Assembly: GCA_003644445.1 (NCBI GenBank)
Contig: QNCG01000003.1
Coordinates: 1-38,744, forward strand
DNA length: 38,744 bases
Reading direction: 5' to 3'
From: Candidatus Omnitrophota bacterium
GTDB lineage: Bacteria > Omnitrophota > Gorgyraeia > Duberdicusellales > Duberdicusellaceae
The position numbers and the translations under genes were made by a program. The notes beneath the pieces are model-generated. The model saw only the letters and a list, made by a program, of their open reading frames with translations, did no database searches and was not told the DNA's origin. This document shows positions 27,091 through 38,744 of this stretch, piece by piece (the first letter of the stretch is position 1; each line of letters opens with the position of its first letter).

Positions 27091-29181
27091 TTATTTAAAA
27101 AGGCTAAATTTGATTATAAACCCACTAAAAACTATAGAAACCATAGACATAAGTTTGATAAGGATATTTAAAGAGGGTCCAGCTGTGTCTTTAAAGGGGT
27201 CTCCTACTGTATCTCCTACTACTGAAGCCTTATGGGCAGATGAGCCTTTGCCTCCAAAGTTGCCTTCTTCAATAAATTTCTTAGCATTATCCCAGGCTCC
27301 TCCGGAATTAGCCATCATCAAAGCTAAAACAAATCCCGAAACCAAAGCTCCTACTAATAAAGAAGCCACTGCTTCAATCCCTAAAAGTAAACCCACTATT
27401 ACTGGAAGGAGAATAGCTAATAAAGCAGGAAGAAGCATCTCTTTCTGAGCTGCCTTAAGAGTAATCCTTACACAACTCTCATAATCTGCAGAAGACTTGC
27501 CCTCTTTAAGAAGAGGGTCTTCTCTAAATTGCCTTCTTACTTCCTCAATAATCTTACTGGCTGTTCTTCCTACAGACTTAAGTAAAGAAGAAGAAAAGAT
27601 AAATGGAGACATCCCTCCTATAAATAATCCCACAAGTAAACGGGGATTAAGAAGAGAAAGTTCTAAAGGCCTTCCTAATAATTCTACTCTTTCCTTGTAA
27701 GCTACTATCAAAGCTAAAGCAGTTAAGCTTGCTGAACCTATAGCAAACCCCTTGCCAGTAGCAGCAGTAGTGTTTCCTAAAGCATCGAGTTGGTCAGTCC
27801 TCTTTCTCACTTCCGAAGGTAATCCGGCCATCTGAGCATTACCTCCAGCATTATCAGCTACCGGACCATAAGCATCGGAAGCTAAAGTAATCCCTAAGGT
27901 AGAAAGAAGCCCTACTGCTGCTACTCCTACTCCGTATAAACCCAGATTATAATTTACTCTGCCTCCTGATAAGTAGAAACTCATTAACACTCCCAAACAC
28001 ACTAAAACTACTGGTATTAATGTAGAAAACATTCCCAAAGAAAGTCCGCCAATAATGACGGTAGCCGGCCCAGTTAAAGCAGTTTGAGAAAGCTGGCGAG
28101 TAGGAGAAAAACTGTGGGAGGTAAAATATTCAGTAGAAACTCCTAAAAATATCCCTACTATAAGACCAACTATAACTGAACCCCAGACTCCCAGGTAACT
28201 CTTACCCAGAGTATTTACTACTACTAAATAAGAAAAAATAGCAATTAATAAAGAGGCACTATAAACGCCTCTTCTTAAACTGAGGATTAAATCTTTTTGA
28301 GTTTCTCTCTTGGTTTTAACAAAGAAGAAGCCTAAAACTGAAGCTATCACCCCGCAAACAGCTATTAACAGGGGGATTGTCACCCCTTTAATTCCCAACC
28401 CTGCACCAGCAGCTAAAGCCATAGTAGCTACTATAGAATCTACATAAGATTCGTATAAATCTGCGCCCATTCCCGCAACATCGCCTACATTATCACCTAC
28501 CTGGTCAGCAATTACTGCTGGATTACGAGGGTCATCTTCAGGTAAACCTTCTTCTACTTTCCCTACTAAATCTGCACCCACATCAGCGGCTTTAGTATAA
28601 ATTCCTCCTCCTACCCGGGCAAAGAGGGCGTAAGCAGAAGCCCCCATCCCAAAACAAAGCATAGTAGAAGTAATAGCGCTTAGCTTATCAAATCCTGCAG
28701 GTAAAGGATGAAAACTATACCACCAGTTAAGAATAAAATACCAGATAGCTAAATCTAAGAGCCCTAAACCTACTACCATAAGACCCATAACTGTACCTGA
28801 AGAGAAAGCCACTCTCAAACCCTGATTCAAACTCTCTCGGCAACCCTGAGCTGTCCGGGAAGAAGAATTAGTAGCAATCCACATCCCTATCCAGCCACAG
28901 AGAGCAGACCAGAATCCTCCAGTTAGAAAAGCAAAGGGAACAAATATAACTAAGAAACCTTTGTAAGCCATAAAAAGAAGAATAAAAAAGAGAACAAGAA
29001 AAAATATTGAAACTACTTTATACTGCTGTTTAAGATAAGCTTTAGCACCTGTAGAAACAAAGCCAGAAATCTTGCGCATCTCTTCTGAACCAGAGTCTTT
29101 CTTAAATATCCAGATAATTAAATAGAAAGAAAAACCTAAAGCTATCATTGACCCCACAGGAACCAGCCAAAATAGATTCAT
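27091..29181 (-). CDS. hppA: Membrane-integral cation-translocating pyrophosphatase (K+-dependent; Na+ or Na+/H+ type)
   Basis: [47 protein letters not shown] (Ala = K+-dependent), [20 protein letters not shown]. Confidence 0.96.
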   Translation of the reverse strand: MNLFWLVPVGSMIALGFSFYLIIWIFKKDSGSEEMRKISGFVSTGAKAYLKQQYKVVSIFFLVLFFILLFMAYKGFLVIFVPFAFLTGGFWSALCGWIGMWIATNSSSRTAQGCRESLNQGLRVAFSSGTVMGLMVVGLGLLDLAIWYFILNWWYSFHPLPAGFDKLSAITSTMLCFGMGASAYALFARVGGGIYTKAADVGADLVGKVEEGLPEDDPRNPAVIADQVGDNVGDVAGMGADLYESYVDSIVATMALAAGAGLGIKGVTIPLLIAVCGVIASVLGFFFVKTKRETQKDLILSLRRGVYSASLLIAIFSYLVVVNTLGKSYLGVWGSVIVGLIVGIFLGVSTEYFTSHSFSPTRQLSQTALTGPATVIIGGLSLGMFSTLIPVVLVCLGVLMSFYLSGGRVNYNLGLYGVGVAAVGLLSTLGITLASDAYGPVADNAGGNAQMAGLPSEVRKRTDQLDALGNTTAATGKGFAIGSASLTALALIVAYKERVELLGRPLELSLLNPRLLVGLFIGGMSPFIFSSSLLKSVGRTASKIIEEVRRQFREDPLLKEGKSSADYESCVRITLKAAQKEMLLPALLAILLPVIVGLLLGIEAVASLLVGALVSGFVLALMMANSGGAWDNAKKFIEEGNFGGKGSSAHKASVVGDTVGDPFKDTAGPSLNILIKLMSMVSIVFSGFIIKFSLFK

Positions 29182-29189
29182 TCTCCCTC

Positions 29190-32172
<2,983 letters not shown>

Positions 32173-32178
32173 ATATTT

Positions 32179-33765
32179 TTAAATCTTTATAAATTTAAGG
32201 GAAGTAAAATTTTCATCCTTTAATATTTCCTCTACAACTTCTCTGGATAAAGGACTATCTACAGTCAAAACAGTAATAGCTTGGCCTCCTTTTTCTTTTC
32301 TTCCAAAGCTCATACTAGCAATATTAATATTGTGTTTACCTAAAATAGAACCCAACTTTCCAATTACTCCTGGTTTATCTCTATTAGTTATAAATACCAT
32401 GTATTCTGAAGGAGCTGTCTCCACATAAAAATCATTTATCCTCACAATTCGGGGATGTTGGTCAGCAAAAAGAGTACCTTCCATAAAGAAATTTTCCTTA
32501 TCACTTTCTAAAAAAAATCCAATAGAATTTACATAATCAGAGTTTTGAGAGGACTTAATCTCTTCAATACCTATACCTCTTTCCTTAGCCAAATTTAAGG
32601 AATTAACAAAATTCACTGTGTCCTCAAGCACTGAAGAAAGCAGGCCCTTTACCAAAGCTGAAGAAAGAGGAGTGAGTTTAAAAGAAGTTATTTCTCCAAA
32701 GTAATTAATTACTACTTTTTTTAATCTTCCCTCAATAAGTTGAGAAGAAATCTTCCCCATTTTTTCAGCTAAACTAATATAAGGAGAAAGGACTTCTAAA
32801 ACTTCTGGCTCTAAGGAAGGGAAATTAACCGCATTCTTTAAGGCTTTGCCCAAAAGAGCGTCTCTTACACACTCAGCAATCTCTACAGCTACATTTACCT
32901 GGGCTTCCTCAGTGGAGGCTCCCAAATGAGGGCTTAAGACAATATTATCTAATTCAAATAAAGGACTATCTTTAGGGGGAGGTTCTTTTTCATAAACATC
33001 TAAAGCAGCTCCAGCAATCTTCTTTTCTTTTAAAGCTTTATATAGAGCTGATTCATCGATAATGCCTCCCCGGGCACAATTAATTATCCTGGCTTGAGGC
33101 TTCATTAGAGAAAATTCTCTTTCAGAAATCAGGTTTTTAGTCTGCTCAGTTAAAGGCGTATGAATGGTAATATAATCTGAGTTCTGGAGAAGTTCTTCTA
33201 AACTACCAAGGCTTACCTCCAAACTCTTAGCTACTTCTTCAGAAATAAAAGGGTCGTAAGATAAAACTTTCATCCCAAAGGAAAGAGCTCTTTTAGCTAC
33301 TTCCCGACCAATCCTTCCTAAGCCAATTATCCCTAAAGTCTTACCGTAAAGTTCTGTCCCTTTAAACTTTGAACGTTCCCAGGCTCCCTTTCTTACCGAA
33401 AGATCAGCCTGGGGAATATTCCGAGAAAGGGCTAACATTAAAGCAAAAGTCTGCTCACAGGTAGAGATAGTATTACCTAAGGGAGAATTCATAACGATTA
33501 TTCCCCTCTTAGTAGCTGTAGCTAAATCTACATTATCTAAACCCACTCCTGCTCTCCCAATTACTTTTAGAGAATGGGCTTTTTCTAAAACTTCCTTAGT
33601 AAGCTTAGTTCCACTCCTTATCACAATAGCCTGGTATTGAGAAATTACCTCTCCTAATTCTTGAGGAGAAAGTCCTATTTTAACATCTACTTCAAATTCC
33701 CCACATTTTTTAAGAATTTCTATACCTTGAGGAGCTAATTTATCACTTACTAAAATCTTAACCAT
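32179..33765 (-). CDS. serA: D-3-phosphoglycerate dehydrogenase (type I, with ASB and ACT domains)
   Basis: GRAGVGLDNVD, GLGRIG, INCARGG, PHLGAST.EAQ, ACT domain NRDKPGVIG. Confidence 0.97.
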   Translation of the reverse strand: MVKILVSDKLAPQGIEILKKCGEFEVDVKIGLSPQELGEVISQYQAIVIRSGTKLTKEVLEKAHSLKVIGRAGVGLDNVDLATATKRGIIVMNSPLGNTISTCEQTFALMLALSRNIPQADLSVRKGAWERSKFKGTELYGKTLGIIGLGRIGREVAKRALSFGMKVLSYDPFISEEVAKSLEVSLGSLEELLQNSDYITIHTPLTEQTKNLISEREFSLMKPQARIINCARGGIIDESALYKALKEKKIAGAALDVYEKEPPPKDSPLFELDNIVLSPHLGASTEEAQVNVAVEIAECVRDALLGKALKNAVNFPSLEPEVLEVLSPYISLAEKMGKISSQLIEGRLKKVVINYFGEITSFKLTPLSSALVKGLLSSVLEDTVNFVNSLNLAKERGIGIEEIKSSQNSDYVNSIGFFLESDKENFFMEGTLFADQHPRIVRINDFYVETAPSEYMVFITNRDKPGVIGKLGSILGKHNINIASMSFGRKEKGGQAITVLTVDSPLSREVVEEILKDENFTSLKFIKI

Positions 33766-33862
33766 ATCTCCTCCCGGTTTAAATTGTTAAAAGCTTTCCT
33801 CCCCTGACATAATTACTTTGCCACTACCTTAGTTCCTAAATATATTAATATCTTTTGACTGA

Positions 33863-34993
33863 CTAAGGGTAAAAGCTTTCTTGAAAAGTCTTAAGGCTTA
33901 TACCTTTATCAAATTTATAGCCTAAATCAATAAGGACTTTCTCTAGGCAGGAGAGAGTCATTACTATATCTTGTTCGTTAATATAGCCCATATGAGCTAT
34001 TCTTATAATTTTCCCTTTTAAATGACTTTGGCCTCCAGCAATAGATATCCCGAACATACTTCGCATTTTTTTAACTATTTGCTGAGTATCTAAATCTTCC
34101 AAAGAAACAGCGGTAACTGAAGAAGAGGGATTTTTTGAAAAAAGTTTAAGTCCCAAAGAGCTTAAAGACTTACGCACAGCTTCCGACAATTTAGCAAAGT
34201 ATTGCCAGCGGGCCTCTATCCCCTCTTCTCTTATAATCCTGAGAGACTCTCTTAAAGCCATAATCAAACCTACTGCCGGAGTAAAAGGAGTATCATTTTT
34301 ATGGTAGGCTTTTAAAGCCTTGTTGATATCAAAATAGTATTTAGGGAGGTCAGAATTTTTAAGAAAAGATTCCGCTTTTTTATTAAGGGAAATAAAACTT
34401 AACCCCGGAGGCAACATAAACCCTTTTTGGCAACCACCTACTACCACATCTACTCCCCACAAATCCGTTTCTAAAACATCCTGGCCTAATCCACTTATAG
34501 CATCTACCACTAAAAGGATATCTTTATCCTTAGTAATTTGGGCTATCCCTTTAATATCATATACTGTAGCAGTAGAAGTTTCACAGAGAGTAGTGTAGAC
34601 TGCTCTTATCTGAGAATCTTTTTTAAGAATTTCTGAAATCTTCTCTACACAGGGAGCCTGGCCCCATTCAATATCCAAACAAACAGTCTTCACCTTAAAA
34701 CTCCCGCAGATTTCCTTCCAGCGTTCCCCGAATTTTCCTCCCACAACTACCAGGGCTTTATCTTGATGAGAAAGAAAATTAGAGATTGCTGCCTCCATCG
34801 CCCCAGTTCCTGAAGAAGCAAAAGTTAAAACTGGGGACTGGGTTCTGAAGACATATTTTAAACCTTCATCCACTTCAGCTAAAATATTTCTAAATTCTTC
34901 AGTGCGGTGATGAATAATATCCCGGCCTAAAGCTTCTCTAACCTGAGGAGCCAGAGGTGAAGGCCCCGGAGACATCAAATAAACTCTCTTCAC
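33863..34993 (-). CDS. Class V PLP-dependent aminotransferase (serine-pyruvate/alanine-glyoxylate type; probable phosphoserine aminotransferase)
   Basis: PGP, IHHRT, SSGTGAME, ETSTA, VVDAISG, QKGFMLPPGL, RIAHMG; GTG start after AGGAG; adjacent to serA. Confidence 0.9.
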   Translation of the reverse strand: MKRVYLMSPGPSPLAPQVREALGRDIIHHRTEEFRNILAEVDEGLKYVFRTQSPVLTFASSGTGAMEAAISNFLSHQDKALVVVGGKFGERWKEICGSFKVKTVCLDIEWGQAPCVEKISEILKKDSQIRAVYTTLCETSTATVYDIKGIAQITKDKDILLVVDAISGLGQDVLETDLWGVDVVVGGCQKGFMLPPGLSFISLNKKAESFLKNSDLPKYYFDINKALKAYHKNDTPFTPAVGLIMALRESLRIIREEGIEARWQYFAKLSEAVRKSLSSLGLKLFSKNPSSSVTAVSLEDLDTQQIVKKMRSMFGISIAGGQSHLKGKIIRIAHMGYINEQDIVMTLSCLEKVLIDLGYKFDKGISLKTFQESFYP

Positions 34994-35110
34994 TATTAAC
35001 TCCTTTCTCTTAATCTTTTTTAACCTTGCCTCTCCATTGAGAAGCTATCAATAAGTTGCTTTCTTAAGTTTTAATTCTAAAGGCCTAATTCCCTTACTTC
35101 CTAAGAACTA

Positions 35111-35707
35111 TTATTTCTTAGGTGGAGTTATTACTTCGTCTACAATCCCGTAATTTTTGGCTTCTTCTGCAGACATAAAATAGTCTCGGTCAGTATCTTC
35201 TCTTATCTTTTCTAAGGGTTTGCCGGTATGAAAAGAAAGGATTTCATTAACTTTCTCTCTTAATCTTAAAATCTCCTTAGTTTGAATAGATATATCTTCA
35301 GCAGTGCCCTGAACCCCTCCCCAGGGCTGATGAATCAAGATTCGAGAATTAGGAAGGGCAAAACGTTTACCTTTCTTACCGGCAGCTAAGAGTAAAGCCC
35401 CTAAACTAGCAGCTTGGCCTACACAATAAGTAGCTACATCAGGTTTAACAAACTGCATAGTATCATAGATAGCTAAGCCGGCAATAATTGAACCTCCGGG
35501 AGTATTGATGTAGACATTAATATCTTTACTCACGTCTTCCATCTGTAAAAATAACATCTGAGCAATTACTACATTAGCCACGCTATCATCAACCGGAGTT
35601 CCAATAAATATTATCCTATCTTTAAGAAGCCGGGAGTAAATATCGTAGGCTCTTTCGGTTCTCTGGGTTTGTTCAATCACTATAGGCACATAAGTCTGGT
35701 CCTTCAT
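35111..35707 (-). CDS. clpP: ATP-dependent Clp protease proteolytic subunit
   Basis: [25 protein letters not shown] (catalytic Ser), [12 protein letters not shown]. Confidence 0.98.
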   Translation of the reverse strand: MKDQTYVPIVIEQTQRTERAYDIYSRLLKDRIIFIGTPVDDSVANVVIAQMLFLQMEDVSKDINVYINTPGGSIIAGLAIYDTMQFVKPDVATYCVGQAASLGALLLAAGKKGKRFALPNSRILIHQPWGGVQGTAEDISIQTKEILRLREKVNEILSFHTGKPLEKIREDTDRDYFMSAEEAKNYGIVDEVITPPKK

Positions 35708-35720
35708 AGTTAACCTCCCT

Positions 35721-36614
35721 TTAGAGAGTTTTACTTAAGATAAAACCTGTTACTACCTCGTAAAGATTATCTTTATTATAGTTAAGCTTTTCCTTCTTAG
35801 CTATTTCTTCTAAAATATAGAATAATTTTACCTGGTCTGTAGCTAAACTTTCTGCTTTCTTAGAAATCTCCTGGTGGTGCTTGTTTATTTCTTCCTCAGG
35901 GATTCCTCTCCTTCTTAACTCTTCCAGTTGAGAAGTGAGGATTTCTCTTTTCTGCTCTTCTACCAAAGATTTAGGTATCTCAAACTTTACTTTAGATAAA
36001 AGAACATCAATTATTTGTTTATCTATCTCTCTTTTTCTCTGAATAACTTTATTAAGATAGACTTCACTGTGAAAAGCCTTCTTAAGTTCATCTTTATCAG
36101 AATAACCTAACCACTTTGCTAAAAAATCTTCAGAAATATCTTTTTCCTCTTTGCTTAAAACTTGAGAAATTTTTTCTTTGATACCCTCTATAAATTTTTC
36201 CCACTCTTCTTCTCTAACTTCTAAAGGCTTCCTTTTAATCTTTATACTCTCGTAAAGAGACTTATCTATATTAACTTGAGGCCTTAATTCTACTTCAGCA
36301 ACAAAAGAAAGCTCCTCTTCTTTATAAACCACATCTTTAATCTTAGGAATATTTACTACTTCTAAGTTTTCCTGTTTAAGAGCTTGATTGCAATAAAAAG
36401 GGATAGCTTCTTTTAAAACTTCTTCTTTAGTTAAATCAGGATAATTCTTTTCTATTAATCCTAAAGGGGCTTTGCCCTTGCGAAATCCGGAAACAGTTAC
36501 CTGTTGATTTATCCTGGCTAAAACCCTGTCTTTAATATCTTTAAGGGCTTCTCTGGGTATCTGTATCTTAATGTCTCTGGAGATTCCACCTTTTTTAATT
36601 ACCTCTAACTTCAT
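35721..36614 (-). CDS. tig: Trigger factor, short form apparently lacking the FKBP PPIase domain
   Basis: Ribosome-binding signature GFRKGKAP, C-terminal helical domain ([17 protein letters not shown]), directly upstream of clpP; only 297 aa. Confidence 0.88.
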   Translation of the reverse strand: MKLEVIKKGGISRDIKIQIPREALKDIKDRVLARINQQVTVSGFRKGKAPLGLIEKNYPDLTKEEVLKEAIPFYCNQALKQENLEVVNIPKIKDVVYKEEELSFVAEVELRPQVNIDKSLYESIKIKRKPLEVREEEWEKFIEGIKEKISQVLSKEEKDISEDFLAKWLGYSDKDELKKAFHSEVYLNKVIQRKREIDKQIIDVLLSKVKFEIPKSLVEEQKREILTSQLEELRRRGIPEEEINKHHQEISKKAESLATDQVKLFYILEEIAKKEKLNYNKDNLYEVVTGFILSKTL

Positions 36615-36615
36615 T

Positions 36616-37338
36616 TTACATTCTAAACTTTTCTCCTAAATATACTCGACGGGCTTGAGGGTCTTCTATTAACTCTTGAGAATTTCCCGACATCAAAATT
36701 CTTCCCTCAGCTATCAAATAGGCTCTATCAGTAATAGAAAGCATCTCTCTTACATTATGGTCGGTAAGAAGTACGCCTATCCCTTTAGACTTTAAATCCC
36801 TGATAATCTCTTGAGCTTCACTCACTACTATGGGGTCTATCCCTGAGAATGGCTCATCTAAAAGGATAAAAGAAGGATTCTTCACTAAAGCTCGGGTTAT
36901 CTCTAACCTTCTTTTTTCTCCCCCGGAAAGAGTATAAGCCTTGTTTTTACGAAGGTGCTCTATCTTAAGTTCTCGGAGGAGTTCTTCCAGCCTTTCCCTT
37001 CTCTCCTGCCAGGCCAAAGGCATAGTTTCTAAAACAGCCATAATATTTTCTTCTACAGTAAGCCGAGTAAAGACTGAGGGCTCCTGAGGCAGGTAACTTA
37101 TGCCAAACTCTGCCCTAACATGGATAGGAAGAGAGGTTATGTCTTGATTGTCAAACAGAACCTTCCCTTGATCAGGAGGAATAATCCCTACAATCATATA
37201 AAAAGTGGTAGTCTTACCTGCTCCATTAGGCCCTAAAAGCCCCACTATCTCTCCTCTCCGCACGTGGAAACTTAAATTATCTACAACTCTTCGCCCATTA
37301 TAAGACTTTACCAAATTCTTAATCTCTAAAAGGCGCAT
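36616..37338 (-). CDS. lptB: LPS export ABC transporter ATP-binding protein
   Basis: [54 protein letters not shown]. Confidence 0.97.
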   Translation of the reverse strand: MRLLEIKNLVKSYNGRRVVDNLSFHVRRGEIVGLLGPNGAGKTTTFYMIVGIIPPDQGKVLFDNQDITSLPIHVRAEFGISYLPQEPSVFTRLTVEENIMAVLETMPLAWQERRERLEELLRELKIEHLRKNKAYTLSGGEKRRLEITRALVKNPSFILLDEPFSGIDPIVVSEAQEIIRDLKSKGIGVLLTDHNVREMLSITDRAYLIAEGRILMSGNSQELIEDPQARRVYLGEKFRM

Positions 37339-37346
37339 CTTCTCTC

Positions 37347-38066
37347 CTATTTGAGAAAACCTTCATTTTTACCAGGAAAGATTACCAACCGAGGGCTTCC
37401 CTTAAGAGTGAGTTTCTTATCTTTTACATCATAGACAGCTTCTTCAGAATAAGATGTATCTTTACCTCTTAAAATCCGAACATCACCTTGAGCTACTATC
37501 TTCTCTAAACTCTGAGAAGCTGCATCAAAATACATTGTAGCTTTATCAGAAAATAGTTGATAATCTTTGTGGTTTACCTCTACTTCGTTATAGAAGACCG
37601 CTCTCCCTTCTCCATAATCTATCTCTAAAGGGCCCTTACAGTTAATCATAATAAAACTTCCTTCCTCCCCAGATAGTTTAACTTCTACAGCTTTCTCTAT
37701 CTTAAGTTTCTTTAGAGAAGGTTTTGCCTGGAGACCTTTGCCTTGGACCTGAATATCCTTGCCTTTGGTAATCTTTACTTCTTTATCAGTAAAAACCTTT
37801 TCTTGTTTTTGGTCCCACTTTATAGCCTGAGTTTCCAGGCTTAAGCCTTTAGGAGTTTTTATCTCTACATCTTCTTGCATCTCTAAGAACTTCTCACTCT
37901 TATTAAAGAGAGCTTTCTTGGCTTTGAAGTGGATATTCCCATCTTTAGCTTTAGTAGTTCCTCTTATATTCTCTTCAATTACTAAGTCTTTCAGATTAGT
38001 TTGAGAAAGAACCATTCCTCCCATCCCGATGCCCACCAAGAAAAGAAAGATTATCTTTTTAACCAT
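37347..38066 (-). CDS. LptC-like/LptA(OstA)-like two-domain LPS transport periplasmic protein
   Basis: N-terminal signal or anchor; LptC-like segment (LETQAIKWD...FTDKEVKI...GKGLQA) followed by LptA-like segment (AVFYNEVEV...SDKATMYF...IVAQGDVRI...AVYD...LTLKGSP); upstream of lptB. Confidence 0.75.
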   Translation of the reverse strand: MVKKIIFLFLVGIGMGGMVLSQTNLKDLVIEENIRGTTKAKDGNIHFKAKKALFNKSEKFLEMQEDVEIKTPKGLSLETQAIKWDQKQEKVFTDKEVKITKGKDIQVQGKGLQAKPSLKKLKIEKAVEVKLSGEEGSFIMINCKGPLEIDYGEGRAVFYNEVEVNHKDYQLFSDKATMYFDAASQSLEKIVAQGDVRILRGKDTSYSEEAVYDVKDKKLTLKGSPRLVIFPGKNEGFLK

Positions 38067-38079
38067 CTATAAACACACT

Positions 38080-38108
38080 AATATAAACTTCTTCTCTGAT
38101 TATGTCAA
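38080..38108 (-). promoter_or_regulatory. Putative sigma70 promoter for the lptC/A-lptB-tig-clpP unit
   Basis: On the - strand: TTGACA (38108-38103), 17-nt spacer, TATATT (38085-38080). Confidence 0.72.
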
Positions 38109-38148
38109 GTAAAACCCCTTCTTTCTTCCGGGCTGGGAAGAATTCAGG

Positions 38149-38744
38149 TTACTCTCTAAAATTTCTCAACTCTAACTTTGATAGAAAATCCCTGATTTCT
38201 TGGAGTAAATATGGGCAAGATATCCGCTTACAAATTTCTTCAGCCTGCCTAAGATACTTCTCCGCTAAAGAGAAATTTTCCAGCCTTTCATAAATCCAGC
38301 CTAAATAAAAGTAAGGATAAGGATTAAAAGGGTCAATTTCTAGAACTTTCTGAAAATTCTCTCTGCTTTCTTTATACTTTCCCAGAAGAAAGAAGGCTAT
38401 CCCCATATTATTAAAGGAAGAAATAAACGAAGGGTTAATTTCTGAAGCCTTCTTATAGAATTCTATAGCTTTCTCATAATCTCCCTGAGAAAAGAAGAAA
38501 TTTCCTTTTTCTAAAAAGAACAAAGAATCTTCAAAAACTTTTTTAGGTATTTTGTGAGGATTTTCTATCTTTTCTATTTGGTATAAGAAAACAGGAGAAT
38601 GTTCTTCCGGTGCCTCTTTAAGCCTCAATTTAATAAATACCCCCTCTTGAGATTGAACTTCTGCTTCTCTCTGCCGAGTGGCATATTCTAAATCATATAG
38701 TTCAGAAAAAGCCAACTTAGAAAGTAAACTGATTCCCAAAATTA
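38149..38744 (-). CDS. Tetratricopeptide repeat protein (probably 5'-partial, likely exported)
   Basis: Three TPR-like repeats (GDYEKAIEFYKKA..INP; NNMG...GKYKES...FQKVLEIDP; YFYLG...A). The frame stays open to the window edge and begins with a signal-peptide-like stretch. Confidence 0.85.
   Translation of the reverse strand, partial: ILGISLLSKLAFSELYDLEYATRQREAEVQSQEGVFIKLRLKEAPEEHSPVFLYQIEKIENPHKIPKKVFEDSLFFLEKGNFFFSQGDYEKAIEFYKKASEINPSFISSFNNMGIAFFLLGKYKESRENFQKVLEIDPFNPYPYFYLGWIYERLENFSLAEKYLRQAEEICKRISCPYLLQEIRDFLSKLELRNFRE

Noticed and set aside
33766-33862. Gene remnant or regulatory RNA between the aminotransferase and serA
   Set aside because: Only very short ORFs, with no convincing hairpin or recognisable motif.
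34994-35110. clpX remnant or leader peptide downstream of clpP
   Set aside because: No ClpX zinc-finger-like translation was seen, and the 5-codon ORF (MERQG) has no support.
38123-38142. Hairpin TTCTTCC...GGAAGAA after the TPR gene as a terminator
   Set aside because: The stem is weak and has no adjacent U-tract on the - strand, so it is not supportable.

Overview
An AT-rich, very densely packed bacterial chromosomal segment, almost entirely housekeeping. I saw no CRISPR array, prophage, rRNA or tRNA. The first ~1.1 kb is on the + strand: the end of a [NiFe]-hydrogenase large subunit, a damaged maturation protease and a MetV-like Fe-S protein. The remaining ~37.5 kb is a continuous run of - strand genes. 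In order of transcription these are: TPR protein, lptC/A-like fusion, lptB, tig, clpP, class V aminotransferase, serA, an exported nucleotidase-like/thioredoxin-like fusion, purA, hppA, OmpA/MotB-like lipoprotein, a small coiled-coil protein, uppS, cdsA, dxr, rseP, ispG, TadA/CpaF, proS, TadA/CpaF, rimP, nusA, infB, trpS, scpA, ruvB, DUF2905, tgt, trmD, rplS, rnhB, yraN, a flavoprotein, purH, a minimal core methionine synthase, fhs, a cyclohydrolase and folD. The gene content (Lpt genes, Wood-Ljungdahl methyl-branch genes, multiple Tad ATPases) suggests an anaerobic, streamlined diderm such as Omnitrophota/PVC; this is inference only. The most unusual points are: (1) two orphan TadA/CpaF ATPases inserted on either side of proS within the conserved ispG-proS-rimP-nusA-infB cluster and tightly coupled to it; (2) a very small MesB-like methionine synthase in a C1/folate cluster; (3) an exported Cys-rich degenerate phosphoesterase-thioredoxin fusion; (4) an apparently decaying hydrogenase locus; (5) a ~100 bp palindromic IS200/IS605-like miniature element; and (6) domain losses or motif substitutions in Tig, ProRS, IspG, Dxr and HppA. 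All calls come from motif recognition by eye; no searches were run.
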